From a virus (lineage: Duplodnaviria; Caudoviricetes), in IMG/VR virus record IMGVR_UViG_3300020043_002358, positions 1 through 25,299 of that record: a DNA stretch of 25,299 bases; one strand, written 5' to 3'. The position numbers were made by a program, and so were the translations under genes. How positions within the stretch are numbered: position 1 is the first letter of the stretch; each line of letters opens with the position of its first letter. The notes beneath the pieces were generated by a model. The model made no database searches, was not told where the DNA came from, and worked only from the letters and a program-made list of their open reading frames with translations. Of the stretch, positions 13,940 through 22,994 are shown piece after piece.

Positions 13940-16083
13940 TACAATTTCCTTACGGTCACTGTCAAAATACCACCAAACCCACTGAAGTGTTTGTGTGGAG
14001 CGGTTTCGCCTCTAAAGGAAACTTCCTCTATAAGGCCCTGATATATTTCCCCCGTCTTAAAATCTTGCACTGTCACAATATCTGAGGTGGCTTCCAAATC
14101 CTCAAACAAGTTGATACGCTCATAGGCTCTACCTTGATAACCTATACGGTTATTGAACTTGTCCATTTCGCTATCGAAACAATACAGATTGTATTGGATA
14201 AGTCGTTGCCTACGGATAGCAGGTAACGCTTTAATCTGGTACCCATACATGGTGGGTCCAACAGTTGTGTCAGTTGAAGAACGGTTCAACGTGAACACAA
14301 ACTGCTTCTGGTCGGTAGCGTTAGTTTCAGGGATACCAATATCACTGTTACCATTCGTACTATCAACAGTAATAATTGTTGCATCTGCTGTACCGATACT
14401 GATACTGCCACCAGGATACAATGCACGTTCCTTCACATACTTGAAGAACTTATCTTCGGTAGTGTTGAAACGGATACGACCAGTTTTGATAAACCCGTTG
14501 GAACGTAGACGGGTAGCGTTCTCAAAGAACAGTTCACCCGATGAACCCATAGAACTGAAAGCAAGCCTGTTGGTGCTACCAATAAACGCTACACCAGTAC
14601 ACGTGTTGTTCTCTGTCGTTACCTGCAAATCGTTAGCGTAAGCAAACACAAGTGGTTCAATCTGGGTACCCAAATCTATACGGGTCAAACCACAGTCACC
14701 ACCGATACGGTTCGTAACCCAAGCATACCTGTCGGATACAGCAATCTGATACACAGGCTGTTCGCTTTGGAAAATGACAGGACCATACACGATAGAACCG
14801 TCATCTTGTAGTTGCCCTACACGCACACCTTTCGATGTGCCGATAACCATGTAGCCAAGATATGCTTTGATACTGTACACGATTTCGCCACGTGGAAACT
14901 CTGCAACCACAAGGGCAGTTACAAGGTCAGGTAAACCACCAGTGAAAGTACCGTCAGTGTAGATACGGTGAATAACAGACCTGTTGTTTTCATAACCTGC
15001 AAAATAAATATCTGAAGGAGAAACAGCGATAGAAGTCCAACTAAAATTAACATTGTTGTGGGTGTAGATAACAGCAGGGCTGACAGTGGATGAACCAGAA
15101 GCCACATTCGCATACCAAATCTTGTTATCAACAGCGAACACTAGACGGTCCTTAGCGTACTCCATAACAGAAGACGAGGACACAGCACCAGTATGTTCAT
15201 ACAGTTTCACTTCATCCGCTGTAGACCTAGCATCACCACTCAATGGTTTACGCCACAAAGACCATTTACCTGCAATGTTAGTAATCCAATACGCATATGC
15301 ACCATCATCACAGATAGCATACACAGGGTCAGCACCAGTAGCGTAGTCAATGAAATGAACTATACCAACTTCGGCTGTGCCAGAAACAGCAGTGGATGAC
15401 ACGTTAGCGTTCGTTAAAGCAATAGTGAATGTTGTGCTAGTGACACCAGTAATCGTACCTTCAGCGTTAAACACTGTGTTAGGTGCAGCGATACCAGTAA
15501 CCTTCACATACATTTTAGCGGTAAACCCGTGAGCAGCACTCGTAGTGTAGGTTGCCACATTGGATGTCAACGAAACGTTAGTGATAGTTCTAGTGATAGT
15601 ATCAAATGCTTTATCAACATCCAACCCGTCATGCACCAGCACACCAGTAGAAATAGTTCTAAGGTTCGCAGTGTTAGTGCTTGTTATAGGGTGAGGAACA
15701 GTATCAACATCTTTTAACAGTTTCGCTTCACCAGCAGTCCACACATCCACACCCTCAGATGATTCAAACTTGAACCGAAGGTTCTGGTCCTGTGCAGGTT
15801 CATAAAACTTGGACCCTGCACCGAAATGGAATGAGGACTGTGAACGAAGCCACCAGCCAGATAACGATTGTTCACCTGGTTCAATACTGTTATCTTGTTG
15901 TTCTTTACGGTATGGTGCTGTCTGTCTGCGGTATGGTTGTTCTGATGTGGTAGCATCAAAGAATCCGATAGTACCGAAGGCAATATCGTAGGTTATTCCT
16001 GTTCCAGTGTTGACGGATGGAACGATGGCGGTTGAGTCGTTTGTTATGTCTACTTGAAAATCTTCAGTAATATCTGAAGCCAT
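13939..16083 (-). CDS. Large beta-rich tail protein (podovirus nozzle / tail tubular protein B-like)
   Basis: 714 aa, beta-propeller-like composition, position after adaptor and fibre genes; family is inferred. Confidence 0.6.
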   Translation of the reverse strand: MASDITEDFQVDITNDSTAIVPSVNTGTGITYDIAFGTIGFFDATTSEQPYRRQTAPYRKEQQDNSIEPGEQSLSGWWLRSQSSFHFGAGSKFYEPAQDQNLRFKFESSEGVDVWTAGEAKLLKDVDTVPHPITSTNTANLRTISTGVLVHDGLDVDKAFDTITRTITNVSLTSNVATYTTSAAHGFTAKMYVKVTGIAAPNTVFNAEGTITGVTSTTFTIALTNANVSSTAVSGTAEVGIVHFIDYATGADPVYAICDDGAYAYWITNIAGKWSLWRKPLSGDARSTADEVKLYEHTGAVSSSSVMEYAKDRLVFAVDNKIWYANVASGSSTVSPAVIYTHNNVNFSWTSIAVSPSDIYFAGYENNRSVIHRIYTDGTFTGGLPDLVTALVVAEFPRGEIVYSIKAYLGYMVIGTSKGVRVGQLQDDGSIVYGPVIFQSEQPVYQIAVSDRYAWVTNRIGGDCGLTRIDLGTQIEPLVFAYANDLQVTTENNTCTGVAFIGSTNRLAFSSMGSSGELFFENATRLRSNGFIKTGRIRFNTTEDKFFKYVKERALYPGGSISIGTADATIITVDSTNGNSDIGIPETNATDQKQFVFTLNRSSTDTTVGPTMYGYQIKALPAIRRQRLIQYNLYCFDSEMDKFNNRIGYQGRAYERINLFEDLEATSDIVTVQDFKTGEIYQGLIEEVSFRGETAPHKHFSGFGGILTVTVRKL

Positions 16084-16086
16084 AGG

Positions 16087-17478
16087 TTACGCTCCTACAA
16101 AGTTAACGTTGAAACCAGAAAGAACAGAATGTGTAGCACCACTGGAACCTGGAATGTCAAGATAGACTTCAACATAATCTGTTGCAACCAAAGGTACAAT
16201 AGTAGCGATAGATATTGTTTGAGCATCGCCAGTGGTATTAATTCTAGCCTTGCCTCTGGTTCCAGAAATTTCTGTACCATTCTTAGTGAAGTAGACACTA
16301 AAATCACCAGTTGAACCACCAGCAGTAATGTTTACAAAAGCGTCTAATTTGTATTTACCACCAAGATTAGACGGAATAGTGATACGGCTAGTGTTAGAAG
16401 AGGTACTGTGGAAACCATTGCTATCTGAATGTTCACTATTGTATGTGATAACACCATCAACAGTAGGGTTCAATGCTGAACTAGTAAAAGCGGAAACATA
16501 GTATCCTACAGACCTGTCGTATGCTGTGTCCCAGTTAGTTTGCTTAGTAGTAGTAGGGATAGAATATCCTGAAGATAGCGATACAGCCAAAGTACCAGAC
16601 GTGGTAACAGGGCTACCTGAAACAGACAGTCCTGTAGGAACAGTCATGCCTACACTTGTAACCGTACCTGAACCGCCACCACCAGTAGCCGCAATCGTAA
16701 TGTTACCTGAAACACCATCAGCATTAGTAATAGTGATGCCAGAACCTTGAACAAGGGTACGTGTAGCAGCAGTACCTGCACCAGTACGAACCACAATACC
16801 TGTAGTGGACAAACCTGCAACAGCAGTCAAATCAGCATCTAAACCCTGCTTGTTATCCAACTGTGTTTGGATAGCGGAAGTCACACCATTCAAATAACCA
16901 AGTTCAGTAGAATCAACACTACCAATAGTTGTAGTAGAAGGCAACACCACATTACCAGTAAACGTAGGGGCAGCAAGATTAGCCTTAGCATCCAACAAAG
17001 TAGACAAACCAGACACATCAGAAGACTGAACAGTCAAAGTATTATTAGCAGACGAAATAGTTTTATTCGTCAAAGTCTGAGTCTTAGACGTACCAACAAC
17101 ATCGCCACCAGAAGAACCAGAACCAGACAAACCATGCACATCCTGAGAACCAGCAATATGGTCCTGTGGTTCCTGCAAATCACGTGCACTAATCATATGC
17201 TTAACAACAGCACCAGCATCATGAGCCTGCTTAGCGGTACCATTACCACCAGTCACACCCTGATAAGTATCAGTGCCACGAGTAACATTCAACGTAGTAC
17301 CAGAAGACAAACCAGTAACAAGAACAATTTCCTCAGAAGCCTGGTCAGGGTCCAACACAAGAGTATAAGGATACGATGCAGGTAAACCCGTCAAATTATT
17401 TAACGTAATGCTAGAAGCAGTGTTAGTGACCGCTGAAGAAAGAGTTTTCTCAGAAGCAGTAGAACTATAATATCTCAT
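16087..17478 (-). CDS. Tail fibre protein with C-terminal C1q/TNF-like beta-sandwich
   Basis: Ser/Thr/Gly-rich; QTLTNKT, ELGYLNGVTSAIQTQL and GTVTSV fibre motifs; SRITIP..GGKY...L.ATDYVEVY. Confidence 0.8.
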   Translation of the reverse strand: MRYYSSTASEKTLSSAVTNTASSITLNNLTGLPASYPYTLVLDPDQASEEIVLVTGLSSGTTLNVTRGTDTYQGVTGGNGTAKQAHDAGAVVKHMISARDLQEPQDHIAGSQDVHGLSGSGSSGGDVVGTSKTQTLTNKTISSANNTLTVQSSDVSGLSTLLDAKANLAAPTFTGNVVLPSTTTIGSVDSTELGYLNGVTSAIQTQLDNKQGLDADLTAVAGLSTTGIVVRTGAGTAATRTLVQGSGITITNADGVSGNITIAATGGGGSGTVTSVGMTVPTGLSVSGSPVTTSGTLAVSLSSGYSIPTTTKQTNWDTAYDRSVGYYVSAFTSSALNPTVDGVITYNSEHSDSNGFHSTSSNTSRITIPSNLGGKYKLDAFVNITAGGSTGDFSVYFTKNGTEISGTRGKARINTTGDAQTISIATIVPLVATDYVEVYLDIPGSSGATHSVLSGFNVNFVGA

Positions 17479-17487
17479 CCATATTCC

Positions 17488-18381
17488 TTAGTTAGTGTAG
17501 TGAACTCGAACAGGATACTTACCCTGCAAACGGGCAGTTTCTTCCTGTAACCTCTGCTGGAACAGAGCAAAAACATATCTGGCAACATTCGTACCAGAAC
17601 CAAAACCAACACGGCCACCCTGCACATCAGCCTCTGGGGTGACATACGTCAACCTACCAGGGTCAACAAACGAGAGCAGACGATACGCTGCACCCAACAC
17701 GATAACATCTTTACAAGAATCAGGTAACCCAGTGACAGCACTAAAATCGTCAGATGAAGACTCCAACGGTTCAGGGTCAAAAATGTATGTCACCTGCACA
17801 GTCACACCAGGGTCAACAGCGGACAGCAAAGTGATAGACTTAGAAGAGTTCAAAGCGGAAGGGTTAGCCATTTTATCTAAACGCCAACCACGAACAGGCA
17901 CCCACTCTTTCGTAGGGCCGATAGCCTGAAACGATACGGCAAGGATACCGTCAGCCTCATCAGGTAAACTGTAGGTAGTGATAGCAGGACTGTAAGTAAA
18001 CGTGTAAGTGTTCACACCAAACAGTGAACTACCAACAGCAAGAATCGTATCGTTGATTGCTTTACGAACCATATGGCGAGGGAACGTAGGGTTAATCGTT
18101 ATCATAGTTCCAGAAGTATGGGATGCTGAAACACTGTTCATGTAGCCACGACCATAAGGCGGAACAGTTAACACGCCAGTGTTACGGTCAAATGTGTCAA
18201 TCCAAATCATTTCATCATCAATCTCGATGATGCCCTTACCGACACTCTCAGCGTTAGCCACAGATAGTGACACGTCTGTTGATGTTATGTTAGCCATCAA
18301 ATGTGTCAACGCATCCTGACGCATACTGTAGCCAGCCAAATGCTGTAGGGTTTCGTCAACCAAATCGTTTAATGTTGCCAT
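17488..18381 (-). CDS. Putative head-tail adaptor / tail tubular protein A-like
   Basis: MATLNDLVDE...AIND...YSLP...DVIVLGAAYRLL pattern; start moved to 18381 (TAATG overlap). Confidence 0.6.
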   Translation of the reverse strand: MATLNDLVDETLQHLAGYSMRQDALTHLMANITSTDVSLSVANAESVGKGIIEIDDEMIWIDTFDRNTGVLTVPPYGRGYMNSVSASHTSGTMITINPTFPRHMVRKAINDTILAVGSSLFGVNTYTFTYSPAITTYSLPDEADGILAVSFQAIGPTKEWVPVRGWRLDKMANPSALNSSKSITLLSAVDPGVTVQVTYIFDPEPLESSSDDFSAVTGLPDSCKDVIVLGAAYRLLSFVDPGRLTYVTPEADVQGGRVGFGSGTNVARYVFALFQQRLQEETARLQGKYPVRVHYTN

Positions 18382-18656
18382 TACCATTTAACCTTATCTG
18401 CCCAGTAGGCTGCCGATAGTTTCCCTTTGGAAATGTTTTTTGCATGTCTTGCTTTGAATGATTCTCTACGTTTACGGTAGGAAGCAGACTCACCTGTTTT
18501 ACGAGGTGAGCCTGACACTCCTTGTTGACCGAAACGAATAGTTTTGATTTGGCTTCCTTCCTTCGCAACCACCACATGTGATTTCGTTGGATGGTTAGGG
18601 GTACGCTTGGGTTTGTTGAAACCTGCTACTCCTGCTCGTTTCAGTCTAGGGTCCAT
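18381..18656 (-). CDS. Small basic viral protein (RFG...RRESFKARH...SAAYWA..VKW)
   Basis: ORF track; very K/R-rich; AGGA SD. Confidence 0.8.
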   Translation of the reverse strand: MDPRLKRAGVAGFNKPKRTPNHPTKSHVVVAKEGSQIKTIRFGQQGVSGSPRKTGESASYRKRRESFKARHAKNISKGKLSAAYWADKVKW

Positions 18657-18658
18657 GA

Positions 18659-18823
18659 TTACTTTCCTCGCTTAGCCGAACGAGGCATAGGGGGAACCTT
18701 CGGAACCTTCGGCATCGCATCCTTAGTCTTTGTAGACTGAGAATACGAACCAGTCATACTTACCTTCATTTCACCAGCACGGTGATTATAGTTTTTATAG
18801 TTACATCCACAAGTAGCACACAT
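18659..18823 (-). CDS. 54-aa protein with N-terminal MCATCGC metal-binding motif
   Basis: Hand translation; fills the gap between neighbours. Confidence 0.75.
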   Translation of the reverse strand: MCATCGCNYKNYNHRAGEMKVSMTGSYSQSTKTKDAMPKVPKVPPMPRSAKRGK

Positions 18824-18825
18824 GA

Positions 18826-19173
18826 CTAACCCTTAAACGTATCAACAATAAACGGTGGGCGTTGCTTAGCAGACTTCTTACGCTTAAGCATCATCTGCTT
18901 ATATCTATCAGCAGCCTTAGATGACGGAGCCTGATTACGATTCATTTGCTCCCGATTACCCATAGCCATACCACTACCACCTTTAGGTGGAGTAACAACA
19001 TCTTTTCTAGGTTTACCACTACCAGTAACAGGTTTCTGTCTAGGAATACGACCTTCAGTGGAAGGTTTACGGTCAATTACCATACCACCAAAATCCTTAG
19101 TGGAATCCTTATCAAACTTGAATTTGATGCCACGACCAACAGGGTCAATCGTAAACTTTTTACGGTTCATCAT
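18826..19173 (-). CDS. Basic low-complexity protein
   Basis: ORF track; K/R/P-rich. Confidence 0.7.
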   Translation of the reverse strand: MMNRKKFTIDPVGRGIKFKFDKDSTKDFGGMVIDRKPSTEGRIPRQKPVTGSGKPRKDVVTPPKGGSGMAMGNREQMNRNQAPSSKAADRYKQMMLKRKKSAKQRPPFIVDTFKG

Positions 19174-19175
19174 AA

Positions 19176-19322
19176 TTATTTCTTGCCTTTCTTAGCAACC
19201 TTCTTGACGGCCTTCTTGACAACCTTCTTGCCGTATTCCATTTTGCGTTCTTTCATGCCTTCAGATTTTTCATGCTTCATCTTAGACTTCTTTGATGAAT
19301 ACTTTTCACCCTTCATGGACAT
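19176..19322 (-). CDS. 48-aa lysine-rich histone-H1-like peptide
   Basis: Hand translation MSMKGEKYSSKKSKMKHEKSEG...GKKVVKKAVKKVAKKGKK. Confidence 0.75.
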   Translation of the reverse strand: MSMKGEKYSSKKSKMKHEKSEGMKERKMEYGKKVVKKAVKKVAKKGKK

Positions 19323-19323
19323 A

Positions 19324-19509
19324 CTATTTACCCTTCTTCTTCTTGGCTACACCAGCCTGTGATAGTGCGATAGCAATTGCTTGCTTCTTCGATTTAACAA
19401 TCTTTGCTTTCTTCGGACCCTTCGGGTCAACTCCAGCATGTAACTTGCCAGACTTGAATTCACGCATGACCTTAGAAATTTTGTTTTGTTGAGCAGATTT
19501 CTTTTTCAT
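19324..19509 (-). CDS. Small basic protein, DUF6496-like
   Basis: KVMREFKSGKLH...VKSKKQAIAIALSQA. Confidence 0.8.
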   Translation of the reverse strand: MKKKSAQQNKISKVMREFKSGKLHAGVDPKGPKKAKIVKSKKQAIAIALSQAGVAKKKKGK

Positions 19510-19769
19510 CCCTTAAACGCCTGTCCTGTTATGTTTGAAATTTCAACCGCAGCCCGAATATCTTTCATCTTCGTAGACCGAGGGTGAATACCCTGTGCCT
19601 TAGCATCACGGAACGCCTGTAACTCGGCATCCCATTTTTTGTTAGTCCAACCAGATTTAATCATCCCAGAGGAAGCATCCCCTGCGTTCATCTGAATATT
19701 GGAAGCCTTCAAACATTCACCCCAGTTAGCATGGTCCTGTGTAGGGCAACCACTTCTACATTTACTCAT
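19506..19769 (-). CDS. Hypothetical protein with N-terminal C-x3-C-x4-H-x5-C motif
   Basis: MSKCRSGCPTQDHANWGECL; ATGA overlaps. Confidence 0.8.
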   Translation of the reverse strand: MSKCRSGCPTQDHANWGECLKASNIQMNAGDASSGMIKSGWTNKKWDAELQAFRDAKAQGIHPRSTKMKDIRAAVEISNITGQAFKG

Positions 19770-20803
19770 TTGAATAACTCCATGTTTTTTAAGAAACGTT
19801 CATTATCAGGTTCAAACAGTAAAGCCTGTGAAAGATACAGTTTACCTATATGGTGTAAACCGAGATGCCAGCAGGCAATACTTGCAAGGTCATACGGTAA
19901 CGAACCCCAAGCGAAGTCTTCGCACAAATACTCTAACGGTTTCTGTTGCACCGCTAAAGCCCTATCTGATGCAATCAGACAGTCAAGCCAATTCTCTTTC
20001 TCATAATAGAACTGTGCAAGTTCCACCCATGCTTCACGTCTATCAGGTGCCTCTTGTGTTGCAAGCCATAACCATTGTTCTTTCTTGTCTGGTTCGCATT
20101 TTGCAAGATACCTGTATGATGCTGCACGTTCAGGTTTCCACACAGCCTTCGGTAAAGCAAGATGGCGTTTAAACTCTGCTATCGCTTCATCTGTCATACC
20201 ATTGAAGTAAAGTTCACGGGCATAGTAGAAGGCGTTACGGTCATCTGTAGGGTCTTCATCCACAGCCATCTTCAACAACGGATAGTAACTGCTACGTGAC
20301 TTTGTGCTGTCAGGATGATGATGTATCTGTAACCCTAACCATTCCTGAACTTCTTCACCTCTACAAGTCAACACTTCATGTACAGGGTGTTTCCAGAAGT
20401 ACCCTTTACGGGTATGTATCTTGTCACCACCGTACACTAGGTCAGGTGAGCCGTCTGGTTTCCATGACCATGTGTATTCGTATCGGATACGGGTAGTTCC
20501 ACGATTCACTTTTTCGAACTGTTCACGCCAACCTTCAACCAGTACCTCATCCATGTCTAGTGCTATGCACCAGTCAATGTTTTTAGGTAAAGCATCTAGG
20601 GCTTTGTTACGTGCCTTGTCGAATCGCCAAGGTTTTGTGGTTGCATCTACCACATGGATGCCAAGGGATTTGGCCAGTTCAATGGTTCCGTCTGTGGAAC
20701 CTGTGTCGGCTATGAGCAGATAGTCGGCTTGTTTCGCTGAGTTGTACCAGCGTTCTACGAATTGTTCCTCGTTGAGGGCTATGGTGTATACTGCTATTTT
20801 CAT
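19766..20803 (-). CDS. Family 2 glycosyltransferase with C-terminal TPR repeats
   Basis: IALNEE...DTGSTDGT...FDKARN...LDMDE...HPVHE; helical TPR-like C-terminal half. Confidence 0.92.
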   Translation of the reverse strand: MKIAVYTIALNEEQFVERWYNSAKQADYLLIADTGSTDGTIELAKSLGIHVVDATTKPWRFDKARNKALDALPKNIDWCIALDMDEVLVEGWREQFEKVNRGTTRIRYEYTWSWKPDGSPDLVYGGDKIHTRKGYFWKHPVHEVLTCRGEEVQEWLGLQIHHHPDSTKSRSSYYPLLKMAVDEDPTDDRNAFYYARELYFNGMTDEAIAEFKRHLALPKAVWKPERAASYRYLAKCEPDKKEQWLWLATQEAPDRREAWVELAQFYYEKENWLDCLIASDRALAVQQKPLEYLCEDFAWGSLPYDLASIACWHLGLHHIGKLYLSQALLFEPDNERFLKNMELFK

Positions 20804-20807
20804 AGAG

Positions 20808-20906
20808 TTATTCTACTACTTCGTCCTCTACTTCTCGTATTTCGACAATATTATTGTTTGGTTTTGTTGAATCGTATCCGCCAATACCATATGTGACTAT
20901 TTGCAT
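20808..20906 (-). CDS. 32-aa peptide ([22 protein letters not shown]...), possible fibre accessory
   Basis: TAATG overlap with the collagen gene stop; trimmed from ORF 20808..21116. Confidence 0.65.
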   Translation of the reverse strand: MQIVTYGIGGYDSTKPNNNIVEIREVEDEVVE

Positions 20907-22318
20907 TACGAAACCCTCACCCAGCAACAAGGAATATTGCCTGTTTCTCTTGCCAATGTTCCAGCAGTAGCGAAAGCACCAGTAACACCTGTTTGTGACC
21001 AAGCATTTGCTCTTTGATTTGCGAAACCACCTTGCCTCATTAAACCTAAAGGAAATGCTGTATTGCCTAAAAATGTATTTGTTGTGCCAGCGGTTTGCAT
21101 ATTGAATGCTAACCAATACCAGCCCTGATTTAAAGATTGATTTATAGTAATTTCATATCCAGTTGATGCAGCAGTAGGGTTCACCGTACCTGCATCTAAA
21201 ACAACTGTTGAAGGTTTACCTGTCGTGTTATCGTAAATACCTAAACGAACAGTTGCTGAACCAGCAAATGTTGAACCGGTAATACAACCAATTCTTACCC
21301 AACTACTATTCGATGGCACAAAGAATGGTTGATAATAAGTTACATCTTCTGTTACAGTCGCATTAGCAAAGTTTGCTGTTGCTGCCATTGTGTAGTAGAT
21401 ACCAGTTTCAACATCAAATACAGCTGCCGCACCAGTAGGTCCAGTAGGTCCTGACGGTCCAGTAGGTCCTGACGGTCCACTTGGACCTGTAGGTCCTGTT
21501 GCACCTACTGCTCCTGCAGGTCCAGTTGGACCTGTAGGACCCTCAGCACCTGCAGGTCCAGTTGGACCTGTGGCTCCAATAGCACCAGTTGCACCCGTAG
21601 GCCCTGTAGGGCCTGTAGCACCTGCTGTGCCTGTCGCACCCGTAGGACCCGTTGGACCAGCCACACCAGCAGGTCCAGTCGCTCCAGTAGGCCCTGTAGG
21701 GCCTGTAACAGTGCTTGCAGCACCAGTAGCACCAGTAGGACCTGTCGGTCCAGTAGCACCCACAGCCCCAGTTGGTCCAGTAGGACCAGCATCACCCTGT
21801 ACACCCTGCGGACCAGTCGGGCCAGTTGCACCTGTCGGTCCAGTAGGACCCGTCACAGTGGATGCTGCACCTGTAGGCCCCGTTGGGCCTGTGGCACCAA
21901 TAGCACCAGTCGGCCCTGTCGGACCTGTATTACCAATCGAACCAGTAGGTCCTGTCGGACCAGTGTCACCAGCAGGACCTGTAGGTCCTGTAACCGTAGA
22001 AGCAGCCCCAGTTGGGCCAGTCGGCCCAGTAGGGCCAGTATCGCCCTGTGGCCCAGTAGGGCCAGTGACAGTACTAGCGGCACCCGTAGGACCAGTCGGG
22101 CCAGTAGCCCCGATAGGTCCAGTCGGACCAGTCACGGTAGAAGCAGCACCAGTGGGTCCAGTAGGACCCGTAGCCCCAACAGAACCAGTAGGACCAGTGG
22201 GTCCTTGAATACCCTGCGGACCCTGAAGGTTAGACATCACCACATCAAAAGAAGAACCAGCAGTGAACACAACCTCAAAAGTAGAACCATCAGTTACGTC
22301 AACAACAAAGTCACTCAT
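20906..22318 (-). CDS. Collagen-like (Gly-Pro-Thr) fibre protein with C-terminal globular domain
   Basis: Roughly 260 aa of G-X-Y repeats dominated by GPT. Confidence 0.92.
   Translation of the reverse strand: MSDFVVDVTDGSTFEVVFTAGSSFDVVMSNLQGPQGIQGPTGPTGSVGATGPTGPTGAASTVTGPTGPIGATGPTGPTGAASTVTGPTGPQGDTGPTGPTGPTGAASTVTGPTGPAGDTGPTGPTGSIGNTGPTGPTGAIGATGPTGPTGAASTVTGPTGPTGATGPTGPQGVQGDAGPTGPTGAVGATGPTGPTGATGAASTVTGPTGPTGATGPAGVAGPTGPTGATGTAGATGPTGPTGATGAIGATGPTGPAGAEGPTGPTGPAGAVGATGPTGPSGPSGPTGPSGPTGPTGAAAVFDVETGIYYTMAATANFANATVTEDVTYYQPFFVPSNSSWVRIGCITGSTFAGSATVRLGIYDNTTGKPSTVVLDAGTVNPTAASTGYEITINQSLNQGWYWLAFNMQTAGTTNTFLGNTAFPLGLMRQGGFANQRANAWSQTGVTGAFATAGTLARETGNIPCCWVRVS
21431..22222 (-). 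repeat. Degenerate 9-bp tandem repeat encoding collagen triplets
   Basis: GGNCCNACN repeats with synonymous variation. Confidence 0.9.
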
Positions 22319-22659
22319 CGGGTAACCTCTGGGGAAACAGTGAACTTACCTTCCAGCACACGCCACACCTGACCACCAGAAGACACCAACTCGAAATCGT
22401 ACACGTGACGGCCAGCAATCAAATCATCAGTCAAACTAGCAGGAACAGAAATAGCAACTGTACCAGCAGAACCACCCAACGTGATATAGTCACTATTCGT
22501 GATAGACAACAAAGTTGTGGTGGCGTTCACAGAGGTACGCACCTGCATACGTGCAGTGTAGTTTGTTAAGTTCCAAGGGGTAGAACCAGTCTTGATAGTG
22601 AAATCAAGAATGAACGTTGCACCCTGCTCAACTTTAATATTATATTTACCAGCAGCCAT
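22315..22659 (-). CDS. Ig-like virion protein (possible fibre attachment)
   Basis: QGATF...[12 protein letters not shown]...VYDFEL...[14 protein letters not shown] all-beta pattern. Confidence 0.7.
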   Translation of the reverse strand: MAAGKYNIKVEQGATFILDFTIKTGSTPWNLTNYTARMQVRTSVNATTTLLSITNSDYITLGGSAGTVAISVPASLTDDLIAGRHVYDFELVSSGGQVWRVLEGKFTVSPEVTR

Positions 22660-22922
22660 CAGATAATCTCCGTAAGATATGAACCGTAACCTGCAGCAGT
22701 TAAAGACGCTGCCTCTGTATTAGAAACCTCATATTCGTGTCCACCCAAATAGTAGGCTTCAACCGAATCTAAAAGGTCCTGAGTAGGGAACCGAACCTGT
22801 GCATAACCATTATTCGCTTTGATAACAGTCACACCCCTGTCCAGTTTGTAGAACTGCCACAGACGATGATTCTCACCGATAGGGCCTTCCAACACTGTAG
22901 GTGTCTTAAACAAGTAAGGCAT
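22659..22922 (-). CDS. Hypothetical virion-associated protein
   Basis: GAAAGGA SD; follows the capsid gene. Confidence 0.75.
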   Translation of the reverse strand: MPYLFKTPTVLEGPIGENHRLWQFYKLDRGVTVIKANNGYAQVRFPTQDLLDSVEAYYLGGHEYEVSNTEAASLTAAGYGSYLTEII

Positions 22923-22938
22923 GATTTCCTTTCATAGA

Positions 22939-22985
22939 ACCAATACCACCCACCACCTGCACGAAGCAGGTGATGGATGATGTTG
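22939..22985 (-). promoter_or_regulatory. Long stem-loop after the major capsid gene (attenuator, processing or stability element)
   Basis: CAACATCATCCATCACCTGC-TTCGT-GCAGGTGGTGGGTGGTATTG: 19 of 20 pairs including 3 G.U on the - strand. Confidence 0.7.
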
Positions 22986-22994
22986 AGCCTACAA

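Noticed and set aside
21505-22208. ORFs 21570..22208 (+), 21505..21831 (-) and 21853..22083 (-)
   Set aside because: Shadow frames of the collagen repeat.
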